Notes under the pieces: model-generated
What the model saw: the letters and a program-made list of their open reading frames with translations, nothing else
The model's database searches: none
Told to the model about the DNA's origin: nothing
Origin: Leucoraja erinacea
Taxonomy: Eukaryota
Direction of reading: 5' to 3'
DNA: 64,000 nucleotides
Assembly: GCF_028641065.1 (NCBI RefSeq)
Contig: NC_073415.1
Coordinates: 3,906,001-3,970,000 of the forward strand
Position numbers and translations under genes: made by a program
In this document: positions 39,529 through 52,205 of the stretch, piece after piece
Numbering within the stretch: position 1 is the stretch's first letter
Layout of the letters: each line of letters begins with the position of its first letter

Positions 39529-39696
39529 ATGTGATGATGCCTTACGTAAGAACAAGACTCTGATCGGAGCTGACCAGAAAGAATATCACAGGGAGCTGGA
39601 ACGTAACTACCACAGACTGAAGGAATCTTTGCAACCCATGATCAGCATGAAGATCCCCCAGCTCTACAAGACCCTTGTGCCCAGTACAAGTCACCG
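39529..39696 (+). CDS. DOCK6: DOCK6 penultimate coding exon ([27 protein letters not shown]...STSHR)
   Basis: gtctgcag / gtaagg. Confidence 0.95.
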
Positions 39697-39806
39697 GTAA
39701 GGGGCTTCATGAATTTCTCGGCGTTTACAACATGGCCTCATCGATTTAATTCCATTTTGTTGTGACATTCCCACAGCCATTAAACTTTGCCTGTGCTTTA
39801 TTTCAG

Positions 39807-39849
39807 AAATTCTTTCAGCAGATCGAGCTTGCGTAAAGTGGAAATCTGA
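39807..39849 (+). CDS. DOCK6: DOCK6 last coding exon (NSFSRSSLRKVEI*)
   Basis: tttcag acceptor; TGA at 39847-39849; resembles DOCK6/7 C-termini. Confidence 0.9.
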
Positions 39850-42800
39850 AGATCCGGTGGGTGCAGTGGTTTTATTTTTGTTTTGACTCTCAAGTATGAA
39901 GGACCTGGAATGGAGGAAGAGTGAGGAAAGATCAAGGTTCAGGGACGGAGCGTTTGCTCTTTTTAAAGCCCCCTCCTCAGGACCACTTCGACGTAGGGCA
40001 GTTGTCGACTGCATCTTCACCTCCACCATCCCGTCACAGCGGACCAATGTCAAAGTTAGAAACATTGCTCCACGAGAGTCTGGCTGAGTTATTTTCATGT
40101 GGTCCTGAACATCATTCTACTTGTTGAACGATTAATTTGACCTTTTTATCAGTCCAAACATTTAAAGCAATATTATCAACAATGTGTTTGTGTCTGCACC
40201 TCGATACTGAAATGGGCTGTTGTTTAATTTGAGGAGCTTTCCTTGGCCAATGCACTTGTGCCCTGTACAGTACGTATTACCTGGTGTACTCTAAATGACA
40301 CTAAAAGCCACCTGCAGCAGCTAAGCGTCGACTTGCTACGAGGTGTGAAGAGGTGGTGAGCTCGATCTTTCAAAATTTACTTTTGTTTTCATGTCGTGAA
40401 TGTATCTTGAAATTCAGGAAGGATGCACTTTGGCACTGGTTTAAGTTTCTTGCTGCCAACTTAACACATACTCAGTCAATACCATCGCACTAACAAAAAT
40501 CAAATACTTCAATATCAAATAACTTGGGGGAAAAAAAATTGGACCACTCTGGTGCCTCTCAATCTAAGTCATCCAATATCTGTTTTATAATTTATTACCA
40601 GTTCCCGTTGTGCACATATTTTATGTACTAATGACCTTTTAAGAAAGACTAAAAAATCACCCTATCATTCCAAGCGTTAACTCCTTTTCATTAAGTATGT
40701 GTTGGAGTGGTTTAAAGAATGACATCACTACAGTTATCTTCTAATGAAAGGTGCCGTTTAGTTTCTGCTCAGTTCTTACACTGTTTTCCTTCTTTGGAGT
40801 TATTTTTTTGATGATATAATTTAATCTTTGAGATGATTAGCACCAAGTGGCACTAGAGAGTGTCTGACAGGTCAGTCCTTCACTTTGCAACTCAAAAGGC
40901 ACATGAATCCAATAGCTCTCCTTTTTAAAGATCTACCTGTTGGAAGGTGTTTGACAGTGTCGTCACCTGCTGAGGGGACATTTTGGCCAAGCCAAGCAGC
41001 CATTGCATTTAAATGGAAAGTCAAGAGTGTTTTATTGTCATTTGTCCCAGGTAGAAGAATGAAAGGTTACTCCTGAAGGAAGAAGGAGAATGTATGGAGC
41101 TGCAACCCATATCTTGAGAGTTGGCTGGTGGTCATCTTTGCTTCGATCTAACTTGTCGTTAAGAAAGGGAACGGCCAAATGCAGTGTTAGAGGACTGATC
41201 AGCATTAGTGATGTAAAGTTAATGCTGTTTCAGGTTTTTAAAGAATGTTTTTTATCAAAAACATGATGGTCTTACAGTAACTGTTATTTAATGCTCATGC
41301 CTGTTATTGGGGGCTTGGCTGACAAAATAAGCACTCTAAATAAAATATAACAACATCCGATGATTAATACTGTACCTGCAGTAACATATCAACTCACTTT
41401 AATCCTTATACAAGCATTTCTGTTCAAGTGCATTGATCTGTGTTAAATCCTTTAAGTTTAACCCTTCAATCCATTGCCACATTTTATGACTGAAGCACTC
41501 CAGACTCGGCATCCTCTTTCACATTGTGCGTCTGATTTTGTCAGAAGTGAACAAATTCCAGTGCTCTCCCTTCCTCTCTCGACTACCGTGTGGCTATAGG
41601 TAGGTCCTGAAGTCGGCATGTTCCCAGATTTTTATCCATGTTTTATACAGGCATCTCGTATCGCGTGTTGTAATCAGTTTCCGAGTCGAGGCAACTTCTT
41701 GACTTGCCCAGGGTAGAGGCAGCTTCCTTTACATCCCTATTCTATATGTGATGCAGATTAGAAGGCAGTGCTGAGTAAACCACTTTTCTATTTAGTTCAC
41801 ATTGCCTTTGCCTCTGGAGTACAACCTTTGTAGTTGCTGTCATGTGTTATCTGAAACCTAATCCTTCTGTGTAATTTCAAAAGAGGTGATTGTAGTCTTT
41901 ACTCTTTTTACATGATTTATTCTTATTTATTCAGATTATTTAAGGATATAATGGAATATTTTACACAGAGCATGTTTATTTAAGACTGTGTGAGTCTGAC
42001 ACACTTTAAAAAATTCCAGTATCCAGAGGTTTTATTTGGTCCTTTATTAGGCCAGGGTTTTTCTCTACTCCCAAAGATTTACCAGATTTGTATGTTCTCT
42101 CAATTTCATAGCCCTGGCTACTTCAAACAGGAGGGAAAGTCTACCAATGCTGTGTTCACAGTGCCCAAGCAGTCGTATTTATGGTAGAATCAAGGAACTG
42201 CAGATGCTGGTTTACAAAAAAAGGACACCAAGTGCTGGATTAACTCAGCATCTCTGGAGAACATGGATAGGTGACGTTTCAGGTCTTCAGACTCTTATTG
42301 GGGGCACTCTCATTTGCAATTCTCCAGTGTAAAAAACACAATTACTACTGTGCAAATTTCCACTGCGAGTGGCAATGAAATGGCGGGGGATGAATATTAA
42401 CATTGGAGATGGGTCTCGACCCGAAACGTCACCCATTCCTTCTCTCCAGAGATCCTGCCTGTCCCGCTGATTTACTCCAGCTTTTTGTATCTATGGTTTA
42501 AACAAGCATTGTAGTTCCTTCTTACACATTAACATTGGCTGGTTCTGCTGCTCTTTCTATGCGACGTACACATTCGCACACACATGAACGCACAGACTCT
42601 CAAAATGTGACCAAACATTTGTGGCCAGTATTAGACCATAATATACTAGGGAGGGAGGGGGGGGGGATTCGGATCAATATTATTAATGTCGGAGCAGCAC
42701 AAGGATCATAAAGCAGCACCTTTGGAGAATGCAGTGGGAATTATCCCATGCTGGTTGGACTCTGTGAGAGATAAGGGAGTCCTGCAATGTTGGATTCGTC

Positions 42801-43765
42801 TACATGTCTCTCATTGTGCAGAAAGTGGATACGAATCAGTCAGCTATAATAATAATAATGGCTGTATTGAAGAGTTAGCAAGTCCTGATACAAAACCACT
42901 ACTTAATGACACTGAATTTGTGTTATGAATTTGTTTTTTTTAATATAATATTCTTTTATATTACTTTTTCTTAATGTTATTACCATGTGAACAAGACTCG
43001 TAAACACATCAATGACTGATGGATGCAACCACTGAAACTGAAATAAGAAATTTCTATGAACACATTTGCAGGTCAGTTAACGAGAATGATATGCACCAAT
43101 GTGGCATCTTCCTCGTAAGGCTCTTTGGACTCCTTGAACTGGGGGCATTATTCAAGACCTGGTAACCATTTTCCCGTGAACCTCCGACTGCTGTCTTTTT
43201 AATTAGATAATTAAGTTGCGGACATATGCGTTCATTACAGTGCTTCTTGGATGTACATATGTATGTGTTAACTATCTTATCATCTAGTTATGAAAGAGAA
43301 GTCCCAACTGATTGAGAACACTAAAAGGATATATCGTCGGACTGAGACTTCATCCTTAATGTTCACGATTTATTTTTAATTGAAGGAAAGCCGCTCATGG
43401 GATGGGACTCTTTGTTTACAGCAGACTGACTTTATTCTGCACTGTAGATAACTCTGTTGTACTGTGGAAACACAAGCACTCTCAGTTTACCAACCTACGG
43501 GCCATATCCAAAGTACCAGTCGCAGGGAGTTCTCGACTTCTGTGTGTTTCCCACCTTATCTTCAAAACCTGCTTTTCTCAGGTTGATTTGTTGATTCTGT
43601 ATTTTGCTAGACAACCTTTGCACTTTTTATTTGTTGTGGAACAGGAATGGGTGTGAATTGGATTTAGAAGGGTGAGGGGTGTTGCATTATTGAAATGGAT
43701 TTTTTTTTTTCTTTCAATTTGTAATAATCTGTGTTGTCAATAAAAAAAGACCAAACAATTCTGTC
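39850..43765 (+). other. DOCK6: Probable long DOCK6 3' UTR
   Basis: AT-rich and nearly TE-free until about 44170; the end is inferred from a polyA signal. Confidence 0.55.
43739..43744 (+). terminator. Candidate distal polyadenylation signal (proximal alternative at 41339-41344)
   Basis: AATAAA with upstream U-rich/UGUA elements and downstream GT/T-rich sequence. Confidence 0.6.
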
Positions 43766-44171
43766 GTTGTAATGGTTACTTTTCTCCCACACTTCTCAGA
43801 ACATCACCAAACCGCTGATTCTTGCTCAAAACCCTTGATGTTTCTAGCTGCAAACATGGTGGACAGTAAAAAAATAAGAATTCCACTATGTTTTGCACTT
43901 TGTGATTATAAAGCACTATTCATCCAATGAAAGATTCATTGTCAACTCCCTCTGGAGCACAGGACCTTCCAGGCATAAATCACCATTGTACGGCCAGCCC
44001 TGAACAAGCTTCACCCTCAGAAATACTGTTTTTAAAAAATGTCAGCCTGCTAAACCACAGCTTTGCCAGCAGTTAAAATCCTCAAAAATTTATTTTTTTT
44101 CTGATAAGGAGAAAGTAATTAGTTTTAAAAGAATCAAACTTAAATTTTAAATAAAAAAATTTAGCTGGATA

Positions 44172-44604
44172 CTGGATAGTCTCGGCTTGTACTCGCTAGA
44201 ATTTAGAAGATTGAGGGGGGGTCTTATAGAAACTTACAAAATTCTTAAGGGGTTGGACAGGCGAGATGCAGGAAGATTGTTCCCGATGTTGGGGAAGTCC
44301 AGAACAAGGGGTCACAGTTTAAGGATAAGGGGGATATCTTTTAGGACCGAGATGAGGAAAACATTTTTCACTCAGAGAGTGGTGAATCTGTGGAATTCTC
44401 TGCCACAGAAGGTAGTTGAGGTCAGTTCATTGGCTATATTTAAGAGGGAGTTGGATGTGGCCCTTGTAGCTAAAGGGATCAGGGGGTATGGAGAGAAGGC
44501 AGGTACAGGATACTGAGTTGGATGATCAGCCATAATCGTATTGAATGGCGGTGCAGGCTCGAAGGGCCGAATGGCCTACTCCTGCACCTATATTCTTTGT
44601 TTCT
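44172..44604 (+). mobile_element. Young CR1 3' fragment
   Basis: ORF 44187-44516. Confidence 0.88.
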
Positions 44605-45245
44605 AAAGTTTTCAAAATCTAACAAACCTTTTAATTATTTTGTATTTTATGAACATTAACTTGATTTAGAAAATTAAATTTCTTAGTTAATACTTAACCT
44701 GGGTACCACATGGTGGACAATGCTTCATCTTCCAAACCTGGAAATCTGTGAAACAAGGCTGCCTGCATTCAATTTGCAGCCTCTGCATAAAGTTGTTTCT
44801 TTATTGATCTCTTCAATGCAAGCAGCAAATTCCTGTTTCAGTAAAATTGGCAAAGTGAGGCTCGGGGCTTTGATCTTTTAAAAATGTTGCCTCCTTAAAT
44901 GCGTTTCTGTTTCAGTTTATTTTTTGAAGGTTCCTGCTGTGTATTGTTCCAGGTTGAGCATTTACAAAACGGGGTAAAATGCCCCCCTCCAGTTCTGTTG
45001 CAATTGATTTTCCAACTATTCCCTGGTTATTGGTCAAATCATTACATATGACCTGTAAACACTGCAGTTCTTTAATAAACAAAATCAAGTTGAATTGCTA
45101 GTAGCGGGCATCCTTTTGTAGATTTTAGCTTGTTCATGCAACATTGATGGTGGTGGTGCAAGAATATATACCATCAGGTCTCGCAAGCCTTTCTCACCAT
45201 CCAGTATCATCAACTCCTCTGTAGCAGATCTCTCATAGATTCCCT

Positions 45246-45473
45246 CATAGAAACATAGAAATTAGGTGCAGGAGTAGGCCATTCGGCCCTTCGAGCCTGC
45301 ACCGCCATTCAATATGATCATGGCTGATCATCCAACTCAGTATCCCGTACCTGCCTTCTCTCCATACCCCCTGATCCCCTTAGCCACAAGGGCCAGATCT
45401 AACTCCCTCTTAAATATAGCCAATGAACTGGCCTCGACTACCCTCTGTGGCAGAGAGTTCCAGAGATTCACCA
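45246..45473 (-). mobile_element. Young CR1 3' end
   Basis: Same tail as 7728 and 26769. Confidence 0.88.
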
Positions 45474-45908
45474 TCTTTCAAAAAGGGTATTTCCTCCACT
45501 TTTAAGCATTTATATTGATCTAGCCTCCACACCTGGGATAGAGAATTCCAGAGATTTGCTACGTTCTGTGAGAAGAAATGTCCACATACCTTGGTTTCAA
45601 ATGAATGACCCTTTCTTGAAACTGCAGCTTCATTTGAAACTCACCACGAGGACATAACAAAGCGTTTTGTCCCATCCATGTAGAGCAAGTGGCTTCTCAC
45701 TAAGCATCGGCCATTATGTTTTGATCAGATCAGATGGATTAACTTGTCATATACAGCAGGTGCAACGTTATTCTTAGTTGCATGATGTTCATGCATAACC
45801 AATAAAGATAGGCACACTAGTGCAACACCAAATGCTAGAGCAGCAAAATTGAGTCAAGATTGGAGTCGCAGCTGAATTAGTACAAAGAAAGAAGTATAAT
45901 ATTCGAAT

Positions 45909-46096
45909 GTACACAAAAATGCTGGAGAAACTCAGCGGGTGCAGCAGCATCTATGGAGCGAAGGAAATAGGCAACGTTTCGGCCCGAAACGTTGCCTATT
46001 CCCTTCGCTCCATAGATGCTGCTGCACCCGCTGAGTTTCTCCACCATTTTTGTGTACCTTCGATTTTCCAGCATCTGCAGTTCCTTCTTAAACACA
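45909..46096 (+). mobile_element. Family B fold-back element, near-perfect 149-bp palindrome plus 3' extension
   Basis: Arms 45909-45982 and 45984-46057, with two mismatches. Confidence 0.85.
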
Positions 46097-46480
46097 TATA
46101 ATATGAATGAGGTAGAGTTAATAGTTAAATTATGTGGCAGCAGCAACAGGAAAACATCTCCAAAGAGTTGGATGGTTCAGGAGTCTGATCGCCCTGGAGA
46201 ATCTGTTCTTAACTATGGACATCCGAGCTTTCATGTTCCTCTGGATCTTTACGATTGTTCGTGCGACAGGTTAGAGGATAGAAGAGGGGAAAAGGGAATG
46301 GCCAGGGAGACGGGCATTCTCGTTGATACTTCCATCCCTCCTGATGCAAAGCACCGTGAAGATGAGCTAGTTGGAGTTAAGTGACGAGCATGTGATGGAC
46401 CGGGCTGTGTCTGCAGACTCAGGTGGTCAAGAGCAGAGCAGTTGTCTAACCAGGCGAATTCCAGAGTACTGGGAAGGGAT

Positions 46481-46616
46481 TCTTAAGGGTTTGGACAAGC
46501 TAGATGCAGGAACAATGTTCTTAAGGGATTGGACAAGCTAGATGCAGGAACAATGTTCTTAAGGGATTGGACAAGCTAGATGCAGGAACAATGTTCTTAA
46601 GGGATTGGACAGGCTA
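46481..46616 (+). repeat. 38-bp tandem repeat (about 3.6 copies) of CR1 ORF2 sequence
   Basis: tcttaagggattggacaagctagatgcaggaacaatgt repeated. Confidence 0.9.
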
Positions 46617-47030
46617 CCCCCGCTCAGTCCGCAATAACCTACCTGAACTCCCGGTGGCTCAGCACTTCAACTCCCCCTCCCATTCCCAATCCGACCACTC
46701 TGTCCTGGTTCTCCTCCATTGCCAGAGTGAGCAACACCGGAAATTGGAGGAACAGCACCTCATATTCCGCCTGGGTTGCTTGCGTCCGGTTGGCATGAAC
46801 ATTGAATTATCCCAATTTTGCAAGCCCTTGCTGTCTCCTCCCCTTCCTTAACCCTCGAGATGTCTCCTCCAATCGCCCCTCCCTTGGGCTCCTCCTCCTC
46901 CTCCCTTTTTCCTTCCTTCTCCCACCCCCCATCAGTCTGAAGAAGGGTTTCGGCCCGAAACGTCGCCTATTTCCTTCGCACCATAGATGCTGCTGCACCC
47001 GCTGAGTTTCTCCAGCATTTTTGTGTACCA
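46617..47030 (+). mobile_element. Penelope-like element 3' end (GIY-YIG C-terminus plus pLTR with hammerhead-like motif)
   Basis: RSVRNNLPELPVAQHFNSPSH...RKLEEQHLIFRLG...GMN; ctgaagaagggtttcggcccgaaacgtc at 46937-46964. Confidence 0.85.
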
Positions 47031-47310
47031 CTGATTTTAGATGATTAGCCATGATTATATTGAATGGTGGTGCTGGCCCGAATGGCCCACTCGTGCACCT
47101 ATTTTCTGTTTACCGGATAATCCGTGATAGAAATGGGTGATATACAGCTTGGAGGCGGTTGTGCTCACATGATATCTTTGCTTGTTCTTGGTGGTAAAAG
47201 TGATAAGTCACAGCCAAAGTATTTTAGGAGCCGCACTGCAAAGTGTCTGTCGATAAGAGGCCATTACAATGTGCATCTGTAGAAGGGTGGATATTGAAGT
47301 CAATGACCAC

Positions 47311-47460
47311 ACCAAGTCAAGTCAAGTCAAGTCAAGTTTATTTGTCACATACACATACGAGATGTGCAGTGAAATGAAAGTGGCAATGCTCGCGGAACAA
47401 CAAAACAACCAAACAAATTATAAACACAATCATAACACACATATTATTTTACATAATAAC
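47311..47460 (-). mobile_element. Rex1/Babar-like tail (same family as 27972)
   Basis: (CTTGA)n and a near-identical 3' UTR. Confidence 0.75.
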
Positions 47461-48984
47461 CAAACGAGAAACTGACTGCCTTGGATGATATGTTTAGTTA
47501 GCAACCATTTAGGTGACTTAGTCCTGATTTGAGCAGAATAACTGGGTGATTTTGAGGCCTTTTGGGGCAAAATATACAGCAGCAGCGCTACAGAACCTTG
47601 CCATTAAACAATGCAACTATGTTTTCTCATAGAAATGGGAGGAGAATGGAGTCTTTCCTTCTCTGATCCCATTGCTTTATTGGGCAGGGAATGCTCAACG
47701 CGTTTGGAAGACGTTAATACAGCAACTCCTTTATATTTTGCTGTGACATTACACAGCTGGTAAAATTGGCTTGAAATATTTTTGATACTGCTCACCCAGA
47801 GCAACAAAATAATATAACATGGAGTTTGATGCAGGGGTGGGAAAATCCAGCAACAGTCAAACCACTCAGAAGTATCCAGACTGCCTATTTGCGGGATATC
47901 AACTCCATAATCTACCATAAAAGTAAATGAAATGTAACCCATGAGGTCCCGTACCCTCCCTGTACTTGGGGGATGTCTCAAAATATCTAGTTAAGCAAAG
48001 TGTAAAATTACTAAACACAATTCCCACACTTTGTTGTAGAGTAAGTTTAGCCTGATAGGCAGACCCAGGTTCGTAGTATAGTTGCTGCCTGAATGTACTC
48101 CAGGGACCCGTGGGTCCTCGATCTCCGGTACGGGGGGGGCTGGGTGCAGTCGAGGTACAGTTTGAAGCCGCCGGAAAGAAGCTGTTCCTCGTACTCCCTG
48201 GGTAACCGTCCATGGTTGGGGTGAGAGGTCCTTGGCTGCTGAGTGCCCTCCGCAGACAGCGTTTCCTGGACAGACTCAATCCACAGACGTGAACCGGTTT
48301 GTAGGTTAATTGGTTTCTGTCGGAGAATTAGTTGCCCCTACTGTGGGTTGGTAGGATGCTTCGATGGTGCAACTAGAAGTTCACCAGGAGGGTGATTGAC
48401 CTTCTTCAGTCTTCTGGGAAGAAGAGACGCTGATGAGCCTTCTTGGACTCAAAGGGCTTGTTTCCACGCTGTATCACTAAACTAAGTCCCGGTGATATAA
48501 CCCAGGCTAGTTTGTCATTGGGCACTATGCAGCCAGGAGTATTATATCCTAACAGCGTATGGTATGCTGCTCCTTCTGTCATAACACGCTTGTTCCTGAG
48601 CAAGATCGGGAGAAATGGCTCAAATTTACCCTGGTAGAAACGAAGAACTGCAGATGATGGTTTACAAAGAAAGCCACAAAGTGGTGGAGTAACTCATCTC
48701 TGACCCACTGAGTTACTCCAACACTTTCAACTTTTCCTTTCTTTTGGCAAGACTCAGACAAATTATGACAAGTTCACTGCTTGAGTGCAATGATCTAATA
48801 TAACACTGAATACATATAAAATCCCGGATCTCCCTGTCCTATATGGATCAGTATGTGACTATACTTCCTTCCGGAATGAGTACTCTTTCCATTTTTCTTC
48901 AGACATTTTCCCTCAATAGAAATTCATCCCTAGGACATTTTCATTGATCTAGCAGAGTTGCACTTACAGCATAAGGGCCGGTAT

Positions 48985-50120
48985 CAGTGGTGCAGCGGTG
49001 GAGACCCGGGTTCGATCCTGACAACGAGTGCTGTCTGTGCGGAGTTTGCACGTTCTCCCCGTGACCGCGTGGGTTTTGTCCGGGTGCTCCGGTTTCCTCC
49101 CACACTCCAAAGATGAGCAGGTTTGTAGGTTATTCGTTTTCGGTAAAAATTGTAAATTGTCTCTAGTATGTAGGATGGTGCTAGTGCACGGGGTGACCGC
49201 TGGTCAGCATGGACTCGGTGGGCCGAAGGGCCTGTTTCTGCGCTGTATCTTTAAACTAAAATCTAAACTAAACTAAACACCATGTTCCCGATGTTGAGGG
49301 AGTCCAGAACCAGGGGCCACACTGTTTAAAAATAAGGAGTAAGCCATTTAGAACGGAGACAAGGAAACACTTTTTCTCACAGAGAGTGGTGACTGTGTGG
49401 AATTCTCTGCCTCAGAGGACGGTGGAGGCAGGTTTTCAGGATGCTTTCAAGAGAGTTAGATAGGGCTCTTAAGGATAGCGGAGTCAGGGGATATGGGGAG
49501 AAGGCAGGAATGGGATACTGAGTTGGATGATCAGCCATGATCACATTGAATGGCGGTGCTGGCTCGAAGGGCCGAATGGCCTACTCCTGCACCTATTGTC
49601 TAGTCTATTGTCGAAACCTCAACGGTGGAACAGGTGGAGGATGGAGGCTGGATAGAGTGTGGAACACCACAGCAGCTGAGAAGATTGAACAAGGTTGCAG
49701 CAAGGAGAGGTGGTGGAGTCCATGCTGTTGGAGCTGAGTCTGCCTCTGCCAAGGACCGTGTGGTGGCTGTCCATGCACCAGTGGCCCCACGGTAAAATAT
49801 GTCACGCACAGGCGTCCACCTGGAGGAACTTCGAAACATAGAAAATAGGTGCAGGATGAGGCCATTCAGCCCTTCGAGCCAGCACTGCCATTCATTGTGA
49901 TCATGGCTGCTCGTTCCCTATCAATAGCCCGTGCCTGCCTTCTCCCCATATCTCTTGACTCCACTAGCCCCTAGAGCTCCACCCACATCTCTCTTACATC
50001 CATCCAGTGACTTGGCCTCCACTGTGGCCGGGAATTCCATCAATTCAAAACTCTCTGGGTGAAAAAGTTTTTCCTCACCTCAGTCTTAAATGACCTCCCC
50101 ATTATTCTAAGTCTGTGGCT
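48985..50120. mobile_element. Cluster: HE1 SINE (48985-49277 plus), CR1 (49279-49600 plus), CR1 (49835-50120 minus)
   Basis: Diagnostic heads and tails as in the other copies. Confidence 0.8.
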
Positions 50121-50916
50121 CCAGGATCAGCCATCTGAAGACCCACAGAAAGGACCTACGAGGAGGACAATCACACTTAGACTTCGAGTGATCGCAGATG
50201 ATGGTTCGGCATGAGATTTGTAAAACATTTGGAACGGATGGGAAGGAGTAGGATGTTGGGCATTGTAACAGCAGTGGAAAGTTGAAGTCAATGCCGAGAA
50301 GTCATGCGTTGCCCAAGCAGGATATTGATAGAAAGAGCAGATAGAAAGCCAAGTGGTTTGGCTGCTGTCCCAGAAAGTAACCAGAGAGAAATGGGTCTGA
50401 ACGAGAGAGCCCGGACTGCACTGATATTACATACAGGGTTGTGTCGAAACAGAAACAAAAAAGAATAATGAGATGAATGAGGATGGCCAGCTTTTAATAC
50501 AGAGAATGTCAGGGGGTCCTGACAGTGCTGACTATGCAAGGAAGGAACGCCACTGATTAGTTGGAGTGTGTTGAAAGGGAAGGCTGTCGGGATACGTAAC
50601 CATATGGTTCTAAACCAAAACCAGTTTTACAGGGTGGGAACGCAATAAAAGTAGCCAAAGGAACAAATGTAGCATCGCACAGTGGCGAGGTAAAGATTTA
50701 TAACAGCTGCACACATGCGGTACAACTGTAAAGAAATGTGAATGTGATTAATGAAGATGTGACTTCACACTTCTGTCTGAAGGAGGGTCTCGGCCCGAAA
50801 CGTTGCCTATTTCCTTCGCTCCATAGATGCTGCCTCACCCGCTGAGTTTCTCCAGCACTTCTGAGGTTCCCTTTATACTAATTCATCAATAATGCAAATG
50901 CAATATTAGAGAGGAG

Positions 50917-51680
50917 AAGAATAGAATAGTTTCTTTATTGTCATTGTAACATGGACCATGTACAACGAAATTTAAAATGTCAGCCAGTCAGTGCAGCATT
51001 CAAACATTTCTAAAAGCTAACGATACATACACGGTAAAATAATAAAGATAAACAACTAAATAAATATCACGAACACAGCACGCATGCACACCCAACCCTC
51101 CATCCTTCTGTCGATTTCACAGTTACCACAGTCCCTTAGTCTGTATCGCCCCTGCGTTCCTTGGCGGCTACATTTAGTGCCTTTATAGCAGTGGGGTAAA
51201 AACTGTTTTTGAGTCTGTTTGTCCTTGTCCTTGTAGATCTGTACCGTCTGCCTGACGGCAACAGTTCAAACAGGGAGTGTCCGGGGTGGGAAATGTCCTT
51301 TATGATACTCTGGGATTTTTTGGTGCAGCGGGAACTGTGTAAGTCCTCCAAGGTAAGGAGAGGGCAGCCGACAATCCTCTGGGCGTTGTCAATGGCCCTC
51401 TGGAGCGCTTTCCTCTGAGCCGCTGTGCAGCTGGTGTACCACACGCATACACAGTATGTTAGTATGCTCTCAATGGAGCACCAATAAAAGGACAGCAGCA
51501 GTCTCTGAGTGATGTTGTTCTTCCTGAGCACCCTCAGGAAGTGCAGTCTCTGCTGGACCTTTTTCAGCAGCGCAGTGGTGTTCACGCTCCACGTCAGGTC
51601 CTCCTCAATATGGATTCCCAGGAAGCGGAAATCCGCCACCCTCTCTACACAGTCCCCTCTGATAGTCAATGGTACCATGT
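50917..51680 (-). mobile_element. Rex1/Babar-like LINE 3' fragment with an intact 180-aa ORF end
   Basis: VERVADFRFLGIHIEEDLTWS...RLKNSFYPTAI; (TTCTA)n tail. Confidence 0.85.
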
Positions 51681-51979
51681 CCGTTTTGTATGATAGTCAA
51701 TGGTACCAGGCACAGCTTTAAGGTAAGAAGGACAAATTGTGCGGGACATGTCTTTTACACAGTGGATGGTGGGTGCCTGGAACGCACTGTGATGGAGGCA
51801 ACTGTACAATAATGGCATTGAAGAGGCTTTTAGGAAGCAGGGAATGGATGTATATGGATCACATCAGGCAGAGGAGATTAGTTTAACATGGAATTATGTT
51901 CATCACAGACTAGAGTCCTAGCCTACTCAACCTCTCCCCATAGCTCCCCACACTTCCTGTGCCGTTCTATGTTCTATAA

Positions 51980-52205
51980 TGCCCCTGTCCCACTTAGGAA
52001 ACCTGAACGGAAACCTCTAGAGTATTTGCGCCCCACTCAAGATTTCCGTGCGGTTCCCGGTGGTTTTTGTCAGTCTCCCTACCTGCTTCCACTACCTGCA
52101 ACCTCCGGCAACCACCTGCAACCTCCGGGAACCGCACGGAAACCTTGGGTGGGGCGCAAAGTCTCCAGAGGTTTCCGTTCAGAATTCCTAAGTGGGACAG
52201 GGACA
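51980..52205. mobile_element. PIF/Harbinger-like MITE (third subfamily)
   Basis: TIRs tgcccctgtcccacttaggaa / ttcctaagtgggacagggaca, extended internal palindrome, TAA/TTA flanks. Confidence 0.78.

Noticed and set aside
39691-40127. ORFs overlapping the DOCK6 stop and proximal UTR
   Set aside because: No recognisable homology; consistent with chance ORFs
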